Source: the human T2T-CHM13v2.0 reference genome, Homo sapiens
Strand: one strand, 5' to 3'
Length of the DNA stretch: 64,000 nt
NCBI RefSeq assembly: GCF_009914755.1
Contig: NC_060925.1
Position 1 is the first letter of the stretch. Each line of letters opens with the position of its first letter. Below are positions 36,796 to 53,957 of the stretch, piece after piece. Below the pieces are notes generated by a model. That model did not search any database. It saw only the letters and a list, made by a program, of their open reading frames with translations, and was not told where the DNA came from. The translations under genes and the position numbers were made by a program.

Positions 36796-37101
36796 ACATA
36801 CATGCAAAGTGCCTAAACCACTTTAGTTACTCAGGTAAGTAATAAACATTCATCATCATCATCATTTCAATATCCTGTGAAGTCAGTGTAGACCTGGCCT
36901 AATGCAGTCAAAGTGGTTTAACTCAAAAAGCACGTAAACGTCTTTATTCCACGGGAAGTGTGTAGCTTTACAGCCCGCAGGAGACATTTAAATAGAATCT
37001 AGACAACGTTCAGATCATCAACAGGTTTTGAATCTCCCAGATTAGAATATTTGTGATTATGTGAGCTTGACATCAATGAAATGGAATAAATAAAATGTTC
37101 A

Positions 37102-37363
37102 TTGCTCTGTTGCCCAGGCTGGAGTGCAATGGCACAATTATAGCTCACTGCAGCCTCGACCTCTCAGTCTCAAGTGATCCTCCTACCTCAGCCTCCTGAG
37201 TATCTGGGACCACAGGCATGCACCACCATGCCCAGCTAATTTTTGTGTATTTTGTAGAGATGGGGTCTTGCTCTGTTGCCCAGGCTTGTCTCAAATTCCT
37301 GGGCTCAAGTGATCCTCCCACCTCAGCCTCCCAAAGCACAGGCATAAGCCACCACACCCAGCC
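37102..37363 (-). mobile_element. AluJ, tail lost
   Basis: Reverse dimer. Confidence 0.9.
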
Positions 37364-37641
37364 ATTCTAATAACTTTGGTGTATCTGGCTTGATGTTTAT
37401 ATTAGATTTGATTGATCTTTTTGATGGACATGAGTGGGTGGTAGAAAAGAGAGTATTTACTTGTGTTTTGATGAACTGGTGGATTTTTTTAATTTTGAAA
37501 AATATAATTCACAATAACATAATTCAAAAATATCTAATAAATGTGTTTTAGAATGGCTATTGATAGTGAAGAAATCTTATGGGTTAGGGTGTTTCACACT
37601 GATTTATTTGTATTGCTGACCTTAGAAAAATTAATTTCTGA

Positions 37642-38250
<609 letters not shown>

Positions 38251-38255
38251 TAACA

Positions 38256-38564
<309 letters not shown>

Positions 38565-39174
38565 TTAATTTCCTTCACAGTAGTTTACCAAGTGTGACAG
38601 CAAAAGTACTGAGGTTAACAAGCATTTTGGAAATGTGATTTCTGAATAAAGTAATGAGTTTTTTTTTCTTTGCAAGTGGAGAGAAACTTCCTCTTTGTGA
38701 AATTTCATGTCAGATAAACCCAAGGTATAAGCTGAAATAAAAACAATTATGTAATCGCTCTTCTTCATCTTACCTCCTTTTTAAGGAATATAAACTATTG
38801 GTAATGTACTAGTGAGAATTCTAATGTGTGAGTCATAGCCTGTGAATCATGGTAACGCATCAGAAGGCTCTGATTGGGAGAACTGAATTATAGTCCTCTT
38901 CCTGCACTAAAATAATAACCTCCTCCCACAGGGGCTCAAAGAAAAACATGGTTTTCCAGCAATGAACTTTAACTTCTCTTCTTTATTTTTTCCTGGTTTG
39001 ATTTTTATGGGAATCTGCTCTAGGATGGCTGGCTCCTCTAAGACTTACATTATTTAGAGTCGTCTTCCATACCGGGTGTAATTCTTGCGCTCACGGTCTC
39101 TCTCTCTCTCGCTCTCATCTTTCTTGTACTTATTTGCTGTTATTTCTACAAAGATAAGACAATAACAGGTAACT

Positions 39175-39365
39175 TGTTTTTACAGCGTACAGTTTACAAA
39201 GCACTTTCATAAATATCTCATTTGAGCTTCTTAGCAGCTTTATAGAAAAACATAAATTATTACTCATTTCTACAGATCGGGAAACCTAGGCCCAAGAGAG
39301 GTAAGTGACTTCCCAAAGTACAGTGCCTCTTGATATCAAGTCAAGTAAATCAAATCCCTCTTCAG
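39175..39365 (-). mobile_element. MIR fragment
   Basis: tttacaaagcactttcat..atctcatttgagc..tacagatcgggaaacctaggcccaagagaggtaagtgactt. Confidence 0.7.
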
Positions 39366-41454
39366 CTTGGTGGACACCACCCCGCATGGTTATCACAGCA
39401 GGAAGATGGAGGGTGGGTGGTCAAATGCTAACACAGTGAGAGCACTAGACTTTCTTTTATGGCAAAGAGCACAGTCACTTACAGAGATGTTTGTACCATG
39501 CAGGAGACAGCATGGCTGACTCCCAGGTGGAGTTAGGAGCTGCCCAGGTCTGCAGGTCCCCAGGGAGGGATAGCTTTGGAGGACACCCAGGCAAACTGAG
39601 GATTCCAGCAGACACGAGAAGCTCACCTCAGCTGCTCTAATGGGGTGGTGGCCAGCGGGGTTAAACCTATCTATCCTGCCCCCCAAAACACACCCTCCTC
39701 AGCTGCCTATCCTGGGACAGGACACACCCTCTTGGCTCCCCACCCACAAGTTACTAGCATGAAACAAACCCAGCGAACTCAATTCAAGGAAAGGGAAAGC
39801 TCGTTTTCTAGGCATAGGGTCCTGCAGTGGGGCCGGGCTTCCAGCCTGGTTGTGCTTCAGGGCTGCACACTCACACAAAATGTCTCATGGAGTAGATGAC
39901 TCGTTCACTCAAGAACCAGCCATCGATGGCCTGTGGTTACAGAATGGAAGACACAGTGAAGCAGGGGAATTATAAATGGGGTGCTCAATGTAAACCAGAT
40001 TGTTTGTTTTGCCCCTCTCCCCTCTCTCTCATCTGTCTTTCTTGTCCTTTATGCCCCAATGGCACCTGTGGGGTCCCTTCCCCAAGCAAAGCTGCTGGCA
40101 CCTACACACAGAGAGCATGACGCTCATAGAGGCTCTCCAGGAGGACCGAAGTGCCCACAGAAGCACCAGTCAGTGTAGCCTGAGGCTGCCCAGGCCCAGA
40201 ACCTCCACCCCTCTGTTCTCAGCCACCCAGAGTCATACCCTTAACCTCATCATTATCCAGACCTACAGCGCCTACACCCGCTCTCCAACCACTCCTGACC
40301 ATGTCCTCTATCTGTCCAGCTTACTCCCTCGGCCCCCCAATTCCAGCAATCCTGTGAGCCACCAAGACCTACAGTCCTGCCCTATAGAGACCTCACCACC
40401 TTCTCACTGTCCCCCAGCCCCCACGTCCTCCCCTCCCTCCTGATCCAATCATGACGGTCATTCATCTGCTTATACCCTCCGACTTCTTCACCTCTTTCTC
40501 GCTTTGAGGTTCTCTCTGATGAAATCACACCCCTGGTTAAATGGAACTCTCCAGCCGCTCTGGGCCTGCATCGCCCCATGGCTGGAGAACAAACTCAGTC
40601 AGCCTCTGTTCACCCTTTGCATTGCTGACAAAATCCAGTGGGCCCTGACTGATGCTCCACAAACGTATCACACTTCTCTCGTCTCCTCTCTCCCACTCTC
40701 CCAGGTGATGATTTCATACCTTCTCCTCTCTCTCTACACCTTCAACACCTCCTCCCCCTCCTCCCTCTCAGCAACTTTGCTTCCTATGCCACCAAGAACA
40801 TCGCAGCCACCAGAAAAGAGCTCCTACGTGCTCTCACCAGCGCGCCCACCCACCCCCCGTGTCTGTGTCTGAGCACTCAGCCTTCTCCCCGCGGCGTGGG
40901 TGAGCTGCCCTGCCCCCACCTGCCCCTCCGTGGGATGGGATCCCAGCCCCTGCGGCCCACTCGCGGACATCTCTCCTGCCGCTCTGTCTTCTCTCTCCTG
41001 CACCTCCGCATTTTCCTTCTCGATTGAATTAATCCCATCAGCTCATAAACATACTGTATTTCTCCCATCTTAAGAAGAAAAGAAAAAACAGCTCTCTTCA
41101 CTTCACTTCCCCCTCCAGCTTCCACTCCACTTCTCTACCTTCCTTCACAACAAAACTCCTTGAAAGAATGGAGGACACTCTTCTTCTCTCTGCCTCTGAT
41201 TTCTCTCCTCCGGTCCTCACTCGAATTCACCACAGCTGGACTTTTGCCCCCACCATGCCACTAAATCAGTGTTCAGGTCACTGGTGAATTCCATGGTCAC
41301 CTGTCGGCCCTCTTCTTGCTTGACCCGTTGGTGACATGACATGCAACTGACGCTGTCTCCTCCTTGAACCGCCTTCTTCTCTCGGTTTCCAGGATGCTGC
41401 CCACTCCTGGTTCTCCTCCTGCCTTTCTAGACACCGTCTCTCAAGCACTTTTGT

Positions 41455-41753
41455 TGGTTTTGTTGGTGGTGGTGGTGGTGGTTTTGAGACAAGATCTTGC
41501 CTTGTCACCCAGGATGGAGAGCAGTGGCCCAATCAAAGCTCACTGCAGCCTTGACCTCCCAGGCTAAAGTGATCCTCCCACTTCGGCCTCCCGAGTAGCT
41601 GGGACCACAGGTGCCCACCACCACACCTGGCTAATTTTTAAATGTTTAATAGAGATGAGGTCTCGATATGTTGCCCAAGCTGGCCTCAAGCCATCCCCCC
41701 ACCTCAGCCTCCTAAAGTGCTAGGATTACAGGCGTGAGCTGCCGCGCCCGGCC
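41455..41753 (-). mobile_element. AluJ
   Basis: Reverse dimer; TSD ttgttggtt. Confidence 0.9.
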
Positions 41754-41921
41754 TTGTTGGTTCTTTTTCCTATCCTTGACTAAAGTGCTGGGATTACAAG
41801 TGTGAGCCGCCGCGCCTGGCCTTGTTGGTTTTTTTCCTATCCTCCTATCCTTGACTAAAGTGCTGGGATTACAGGCATGAGCCGCCGCGCCCGGCCTTGT
41901 TTGTCTTTTTCCTATCCTTGA
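41712..41921. repeat. Tandem repeat, ~68 bp x 3, spanning an Alu 5' end and its flank
   Basis: ctaaagtgct..ggccttgtt..cctatccttga at 41712, 41780 and 41855. Confidence 0.93.
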
Positions 41922-42069
41922 CCTCTAACTGTCAGTGTGCTCCAGGGCTCAATCCTCGGACGTTCTCTTGCATACCTATACTCAATGCTGAGGAAATCTC
42001 AGCTTGTCTTATGGCTTTAAATACTGCATATCTGATAGGTGTAGATGGATATGATGGATATAACGATGA

Positions 42070-42376
<307 letters not shown>

Positions 42377-43119
42377 TGATTCTCTAATTTTTATCATCAG
42401 GAAGACCCTTTCCCCTGAGCTCCACACCCACCTACCCACTGCCATTAGACGATGGGCATCTCCAGCCTCACAGAGCTCCCAGTTCTCCACTCAGCCAGCC
42501 TTTTGGCAGTCTCCCCATTTCAGTTCAAGGCAACTTTATTCTTCTAGTTGCTCAGACCAAAGACATTCCTCAGTTTGCATTCTCTCACCCCACACAGCCA
42601 GCTCATTAGGAAGTCTTGTTGGCAATACCTTCAAAATACATCCAAACCCAATTCCTTTCCATCTCCCCCACTGCCACCATCATTCCTCACCTGGGTTACT
42701 TCAGTAGTGTCCTAACAGGCCCCACGGCTCTGTCTTCACCCCGTTGCAACCTACTCTCAGCAGTTTTCAGAAAGATCTGATTCAATTCTGTCACTCCCCT
42801 CCTTAAAAGCCTTCTCTAAATGCATTTTCAGTTAGAGAAAAGCTGTAGACCTTAGCGTGGGCCTGCAGCCCCTAGCTGACTCTGCCTCTTATCTCTCCGC
42901 GCTCTTCCCTGCTGACCCCCATCCCCTGTGCTGCAGCCACACTGACCCCCTTGAGCACACGCCAGGCTTTAGGGCTGGTCCTTTCCACTCTGTCTGCCTG
43001 GGCTGCTCTGACCCCAGACAGGCTGCTCTAAAAAGGCTCACCCTTCTCCAGCTTTTCCTACTCACCCTGCCTGCTATTTTTTTCTCCTTAGCACTACTGC
43101 CATCAAACATACTATATGT

Positions 43120-43420
<301 letters not shown>

Positions 43421-43859
43421 AACATATGCTGTACTTACTAACCTTGTTAATTGTCTGTCCCCCCTCTAAAATGCCATTGGGAGTGGGGGTTTTTTCTGTT
43501 TGGGTCACTGCCATGTCCCGATGTCCACGGGCGTTCACGGCAGCCACGTGGCGAGTGCTCACAAATGTGTGCAGTTTCGTGGACAGGAAGGTCTAGGCTG
43601 AAGCAAGTGGGATGATCCCACAGCCTGACTATCTTAGTAGTCACCCATGAGGATGGTTTTCAGAGCCCTCACCCTCATGTACCGCAGAGAAACGACTGCA
43701 GCCTGGCCCCTCTCTGACTTCCCCTCCTTCAAGCCACCGCAGAAACAGCAAGGCCGTGAAGAGCGTAACGAGAGAGCCAGCAGGGCCCGGGCTGACCTCA
43801 GCCTCTGACACTTCGGATTTTCATGCTGGGAAAAACATTTCATCTCTCTAAACCTCAGT

Positions 43860-44189
<330 letters not shown>

Positions 44190-44338
44190 TAAAATGAGAA
44201 TAATGCTACCTACTTCATAGGACTACTGAAGGGTGAAATGAAACAGTGTGTGTAAAGTACTTAGTACAGTGGCTGACACAGAGCAGGCACTTGGAGAATG
44301 GAGATTATTTTTATTAGTAGTAAGAAAAGTTATAGGAA

Positions 44339-44643
44339 GGTGGGTGTGGGGGCTCACACCTGTAATCCCAGCTGCTCCTAAGGCCGACGTTGGAGGATCG
44401 CTTCGGCCCAGGAGTTTGAGACCAGCCTGGACCACATAACTATCCCCCAACTCTGAAAATCGATTAAAAATTAGCTGGAGAGGGTGACACATGCCTGTAG
44501 TCCCAGCCACCGGAGAAGCTGAGGCAGGAAAATGGCTTGAGTTCAGGAGTTTGAGGCTGCAGTGAGCTATAATCACCCCAGTGCACTCCAGGCTGGATGA
44601 CAGAGTAAGACCTCATCTCTTCAAAAAAGGAAAAAAAGAAAAA
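44339..44643 (+). mobile_element. AluJ
   Basis: Diverged dimer; flank aagaaaagtta duplicated. Confidence 0.9.
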
Positions 44644-44859
44644 AGTTACAGCAGCTGTAGGTTCTTGGCTCTTGACTTGGGAAGAATTTCACTGATAATT
44701 TTTTTTAAGTTGATATTTTGTATTTTCATTATTTTACCTTTGTTAGTATTATTCACAACAAAGCAGTGTCGAGAACAATGATCACATTTCTCCTCTTCTA
44801 TAACTTATTGGTTGTCCTGGAGTTTAATTTTTAGGCTTCTCCTTTTCTTTTTTTTTTTT

Positions 44860-45200
44860 CATTTTTGAAATTGAGATATGTTTAGATTAAACGCAGAGAT
44901 CTTAAATGTTACAGTTTGACGTGTTTTGAAAAATATGTACATGGCTGAAACTCATATTTCTAAAAAAAAATGAGTGTTTCCAATATACCATTAAGTTCAC
45001 TGGGGCCCCCTTACAGTCAAATCTTATACACCACAACCCCTCAGATGATCAAGGTTCAGATTTCTTTGAACATAAATTAGTTTTGCCCATTTAGAGATTC
45101 ATCTAGCTGTGTAAGTCTTCTTTCATTGAGAAAAAGATTTTAAATTCCTCCACATTCGTGGCTATATCAATCGTTGGAAACTTTTAATTATTGCCTAGTA
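44860..45200 (-). mobile_element. Old L1ME-type 3' fragment
   Basis: cagagatcttaaatgttacagtttgac..taaattagttttgccc. Confidence 0.6.
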
Positions 45201-45202
45201 TT

Positions 45203-45932
<730 letters not shown>

Positions 45933-46327
45933 TCATAGAGTCCCTGCAGCTTTCTGGGTGAGAAGTCTGTGATGGAAACAGCATGGAAGCCTCAAACTCC
46001 ATGGATAAATGGGGCAGCTGACCAGACAGCTGTGAACTAACAGGTCTACACTGCAAATGCAAAATATTGCAGGCCCCATACTCCACTTGTTAATACTCCT
46101 CTCTGCCCTTTAAATATATATATATATTTGAAGTCTTCCGCTTCTCAGCTTGCTTCCATCCCCCTCCTCAGTGCTTGTTGATGGGATTCAAGCACTCACC
46201 CCTGAAAACTGCAGGCCCTGCTCTTCTGATGCCTGGTGAAAGAATCTTAAAGATGAGAAGGAGGGACGTACGCTCTCTTTTCCTGAAGCTAGAAAAAGTA
46301 GATGCTCTTCTGCATCATCAACCACCT

Positions 46328-46395
46328 GTCTTAGTTTGCTTTCTGTTGCGGTGACAGAATACCACAGACTGGGTAATTTACAAAAGAAAAACAGA
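46328..46395 (-). mobile_element. MST/MLT1A-type LTR end fragment
   Basis: tgtcttagtttgc..acagaataccacagactgggtaattta. Confidence 0.7.
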
Positions 46396-46545
46396 GGCCG
46401 GGTGCTGTGGCTCATGCCTGGAATCCCAGCACTTTGGGAGGGCAAGGTGGGAGGATCGCTTGAGCTCAGGAGTTTGAGACTAACCTGGGCAACATGAAAA
46501 ACCCCCTCTCTACAAAAAATACAAAAACTAGCCGGGCCTGTGGCT
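46396..46545 (+). mobile_element. Alu left monomer, 3'-truncated
   Basis: Stops just after the A-rich linker. Confidence 0.88.
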
Positions 46546-46546
46546 G

Positions 46547-46746
46547 TCAGCCCTGGCTGGATATTAGAATCACCTGGTGGTGATGAGTTAGCTCAGTAAT
46601 TAGTGAGTAAAGTCACCTAGGAAGTTTGGTCTGGGCTCAGCATGGATAGAATTCAATGAGAATTTCTGGGGATGGGGCCCAGGCACCAGTGTTTTAGTAA
46701 AGATGCCCAGATGATTCCAATGTACCACTAAGGCCGAGAACCACTG
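46547..46746. mobile_element. MER5A/MER5A1-type hAT MITE
   Basis: ccctggctggatattagaatcacctgg..ggggcccaggc..gatgattccaatgt..gagaaccactg. Confidence 0.7.
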
Positions 46747-46849
46747 GAATAGCCCGGATTATTCTAATGTACCACTAAGGCCGAGAACCACTGGTATAGC
46801 CCAGATGATTCCAATGTACCACTAAGGCCGAGAACCACTGGTATAGCCC
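46705..46849. repeat. Tandem repeat, 47 bp x 3, containing the MER5 terminus
   Basis: gccc(a/g)gat..tgtaccactaaggccgagaaccactgg(a/t)ata at 46705, 46752 and 46799. Confidence 0.96.
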
Positions 46850-47351
46850 AACTAACATATATCCAAGTTATTGCTGCAGAGTTTTACTGCTTCATTTCTC
46901 AGGAAAACCCTGACAGATGAAAGAAGGCTTGATTTAGCAAGAAAGAGAGTATTCAGATCAATCCAAATTCTTATGTCATTTATAACTATAATCCCTCTGA
47001 ATATATTATTTCCACAATCCCCAAAACCTTTTTATTTTTGTAGTTAAATTTTTATTTAATAGGATACAATTTTTAGAAAAAAAAACTCTTATTTTTAAAA
47101 CACTCCAAATTTTTCTTTGCAAAAAGACCTTTGCCTGGTGGTTAAATTTTTTAAGGGAATTGATACTCTTTCACCTCATTAGCAAAAAAAAAAAAAAGGC
47201 TTAAATTTATTTAGATCTCTCAAACTTTTTAAGATGATACCTTTTTTATTGCAACACTGTCCCAAGAGTAGACATGTCTTTGACATGGGAGACCTCTGGT
47301 GTCTCTATGTTTTCTATATAGAGCTGTACTGTCTGATACCATAGCCACTAG

Positions 47352-47973
<622 letters not shown>

Positions 47974-47979
47974 TTAAAT

Positions 47980-48655
<676 letters not shown>

Positions 48656-49039
48656 TCACATTTCAAGTGCTCAGTAGCCACATATGGCTGGTGACCACCA
48701 TATTAGACGATGCAGCTACAGAATATTTCCATCATTGCAGAAAGTTTTATTAGCACTGAATTCAAGAGTGACTTTTAATTTATGCAACCGTATATGGTTT
48801 TACTCCTGGACTTTAATGGAAAATGGAGGCCCACCATAACCTGCAGCAGATCCTATGCCAAGGGGGCAGGAAGTGCCATTCCACTTATGGTGGAAGGAGG
48901 TGGTTTGGGGGAGGTGGAGGTGACTCCTGTGCTTACTCCCTGTGAGAAGAATCAACCTCTCAGGGCCTGAGGGGTAAACATTTGAGGAGGGAAGTGAAAG
49001 TCCTTTTTTTCTGAACTGTTAAGCACCCCCACCTAGTGC

Positions 49040-49699
49040 TCGTAATATTATCATTTTATGTACAAATTGGATGCAAAGCCTACCACCCTGTCAAACTACA
49101 GATTGCAGTGTGATCAGTTCAACTGCAAAGATTGGCCAGGAAAATCAACTCTCACCGTGGACAGCAAGGAACCAAGTGCATCAGCAGACTCTCCACTCAT
49201 TCCTCCCCGTCACTGAGAAAGAGCCCAGAGCGGTGTGGGTGACTGACGTGGAACGGAGCTGCTCTGCGCTGAGCGTCGGCACTTGGAGACCTCGATTGAA
49301 TCTATTCGGCAGGAGAGCTGAATTCAGAGCAGCCCACGGCTCACCCCAGCAATTGTCAGTGCTGGAAAAGTCACCACCGTTGGTGTATTCCCGGCCACTC
49401 TGCTGGACGGATGGCAGGATTCCCAAGTAGTGAAGGGGAAGGCGGCCCTCCTGCCCTTCCTGCTTCCTCAGGTGGGCCCCGCACCTGTGGGCCGGCCTGC
49501 CTGCCTGCTCTGCTTGCGAGTGGCTCAGAAATGCCGGCTCCCAGGCCGTCGGGCTGTTCCCGGGATGAGACCTGCTGCCTACACATGTCACAGCAGTGGG
49601 TTCTGTTCAAAAAGTGACATGAGAGAAGAGAAAAGTCTCTGCTCCCTCCCATGACAGTCATGGAGAGTTTCTACCCTCTGTCAGGAAATCCGACTCTGT

Positions 49700-49732
<33 letters not shown>

Positions 49733-50320
49733 TTCACATGCATGATTGACACTTCGCTGCCTCAGCACCTCGCCGATCCTGCATCTTTCCTGTGAGTTCA
49801 AAATGAGAATACACCCACATTTCTCTACTGTCAAAAGTTTTAGAACTGTTCAAGTGTGTTGTTAAGTATTCAGAGAAAAGGAGCTTGGTCCTGGGAGAAC
49901 TGTTGAGTGGCGGGGATTAGCAGAGGGTATTGAAAAAGAAGACTGAGGCGGCTGAAGGCAATGGCAGAGGTGGAGAGACCCTCACGCGTGAGCTGCAGGG
50001 TGTATGTGCCTTTGGGGATTCAAAGGAGTGAGACCTGCTTTGACTGTGGAGGAAACTGACCACATATCACGCCTCCACTGAAACGTTAATTAGCAGAGCC
50101 TGGGAGAAGAGCTGATATCCTCACTCTGGTAGGGGCTGTCAGCTTGTCAAAAGGAAAGCTCTGCTTAGCTCAGAAGCCCAAACCTCTAACCATGGCTCTA
50201 GATGTGTAACATTCGGAATGTCAAGGACTCAGCCAATCCAGATGATTACAACAGCCCTAAATATCTGATGGGAGGACAATTAGGCAAGACAATGATGAAA
50301 GGCGTCTGGCTGGCAAAGAG
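49040..50320. promoter_or_regulatory. Unique, partly CpG-rich candidate enhancer or promoter
   Basis: CpG-rich 49200-49570, TGACGTGG at 49244, (TG)n at 49698-49732, palindrome ctcacgcgtgag at 49981. Confidence 0.4.
49698..49732. repeat. (TG)n microsatellite
   Basis: TG run with one interruption. Confidence 0.95.
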
Positions 50321-51316
50321 CAAGCAATACTATATTTGAAATGACACAGTCTTACATATAGAAAATCCTAAGGAAGCTACTAAATTATTATTGGAATTAA
50401 TAAATAGGTTCAGTTGCAGGGCACAAGGTTAATATACAAAAATCAACTGTATTTCTATATACTAGCAATGAACAGTACAAATGTAAACTTAAGAAAACAG
50501 TTCTATTTATAATTGCATTGAAAAGAATAAAATACTCAGGAATGAATGTAACAAAATAAATACAAAACTTACACTCTGAAAATTACAACATATTGTTGGA
50601 AGAAATCAAAGATGAACTAAATAAATAGACATCCCACATTATGGATGGGAAGAATCAATATTGTTAACATGGCGATACTCCCCACATTAACCTACAGATT
50701 CAATATAATTCCTATCAAAATCTCAGCTGAGATTGTGAAGAAAAAAAAAATCCCAGCTGACTTTTTTGACAAGCTGATCTTAGAATTCATACAGAAATGC
50801 AAGGGACCCAGAATAGCCAAAACAATCTTGAAAAAGAAGAACAAAGTTGGAAGATTCACACTTCTCAATTTCAAAAGAGTACAGAGTTCAGAAATCAAGA
50901 CAGTGTGGAATGGACAGAAGGACAGACATACAGATGAATGGAGTTGAATGGAGTTGAATGGAGTGCTCAGAAATAAATCCTCACTTCTATGGTCAATTGT
51001 TTTTTGACAAGAGTGCTAAGACCTTTCAATGGGAAAGAATAATCCTTTCAACAAATTGTACAAAGACAACTGGACGTCCTCTTCCTTACACCATACACAA
51101 AAAACTCCAAATGGATCATAGGCCTAAATATAAAAGCACAACCTACAAAACTTATAGGAGAAAACACAGGAGAAATCTTCATGCCTTTAGGTTGGGCAAA
51201 GCCTTCTTAGCTATGACACCAAAAGCACAAGTGACAAAGAAAACAGTAGATAAATTGGACTTCATCAAAGTTAGAAACTTTTCTGCTTCAAAAGATGCCA
51301 TCAAGAAAGTGAAAAT

Positions 51317-51810
<494 letters not shown>

Positions 51811-52059
51811 GAAAGTGAAAAAGCCAGTCCACAGACTGGGAGAATATATTGGCACATCATATAGCTGATAAAGGACTTGTATCCAAAACATAAAGAACTA
51901 TTACAACTCAAAAAGAAAAATAATACTACTTTCTGTTCACCAGACCTGAAAAAAAAGAGAAAGACAAATAGCAGAATCTTAAAGTAGTCAAAAATCTGAA
52001 GAGACATTTCTCCAAAGAAATATACAAGCGGCCAATAAGCACATGAAAAGACGCGCAGC

Positions 52060-52177
52060 GGCCACAGTGGTGCACCTGCAATCTCAGCTACTCAGGAAGC
52101 TGAGGTGGGAGGATCGCTTGAGCCTGGGAATTTGAGATCAGCCTGGACAACATAATGAGACTCCATCTTAAAAAAAA
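52060..52177 (+). mobile_element. FLAM_A-like monomer
   Basis: Short monomer plus A-tail. Confidence 0.8.
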
Positions 52178-52273
52178 GATACTGAAAAATGCCCCATTAG
52201 GAAAATGCAAATTAAAACCACCATGAGATATCAGTTCACATTCACTCAAAAAGTATAATCAAAAACACAAATA

Positions 52274-52591
<318 letters not shown>

Positions 52592-52796
52592 CTAAAAGGA
52601 TTTGGCACTCAGATTGTTTAGCATCTGTCTAAATTCTTGTTCCACTTACGTAACCAAGACTGGATACTGTCCATGATGAATTATCAGTGTGTTTACACAA
52701 GAAAGGACACAGAATTCCACTCAACTGATCCATACTCAAAGAGAAGACCTTGGCCTTGCATTCAGAGATCAGCAAAAACAATATTCACTTTATGTT

Positions 52797-52885
52797 TTAG
52801 GTTAGAATATTTGATATTCTAACCTAATATGGCTAATAGGTTTTAATATCTAATGGCTAATTTGATATTCTAACCTAATAAGGCT
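52797..52885. repeat. 14-bp perfect inverted repeat plus direct and inverted re-copies
   Basis: ttaggttagaatat-ttg-atattctaacctaa; tttgatattctaacctaata repeated at 52810 and 52861. Confidence 0.9.
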
Positions 52886-52970
52886 GGTCTTGAACTCCAG
52901 ACCTCAGGTTATCTGCCTGCCTTGGCCTCCCAAAGTACTGGATTACAGGCGTGAGCCACGGCACCCAGCC
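52881..52970 (-). mobile_element. Alu 5' fragment
   Basis: aggctggtcttgaactcc..gtgagccac only. Confidence 0.88.
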
Positions 52971-53074
52971 AGGATCTCTTTTAAAGTAAGTACAACTACA
53001 ATAGAAGCCCTCTTCTCAATGTGACCAGCATCGATGATTGGTGAGTGAATGAAGTCAAAGTGGGAATTTAAACA

Positions 53075-53187
53075 GACAGAGTCTCACTATGTTGCCCAGG
53101 CTGGTCTTGAACTCCTGGGCTCCAGCAATCTCCTACCTCAGCTTCCCAAAGTGCTGGGATTATAAGCATGAGCCACCACGTCTGGCC
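53075..53187 (-). mobile_element. Alu left monomer or FLAM
   Basis: Reverse monomer. Confidence 0.85.
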
Positions 53188-53211
53188 AGGGAAGGATTTC
53201 TTAAGGTGTAA

Positions 53212-53957
<746 letters not shown>

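Noticed and set aside
46705-46849. CRISPR-like appearance of regularly spaced repeats (also 41712-41921)
   Set aside because: Head-to-tail tandem copies with no unique spacers, no cas genes, and a eukaryotic transposon origin
49071-49661. Overlapping 68-136 aa ORFs on both strands
   Set aside because: Expected in GC-rich DNA with few stops; no recognisable protein
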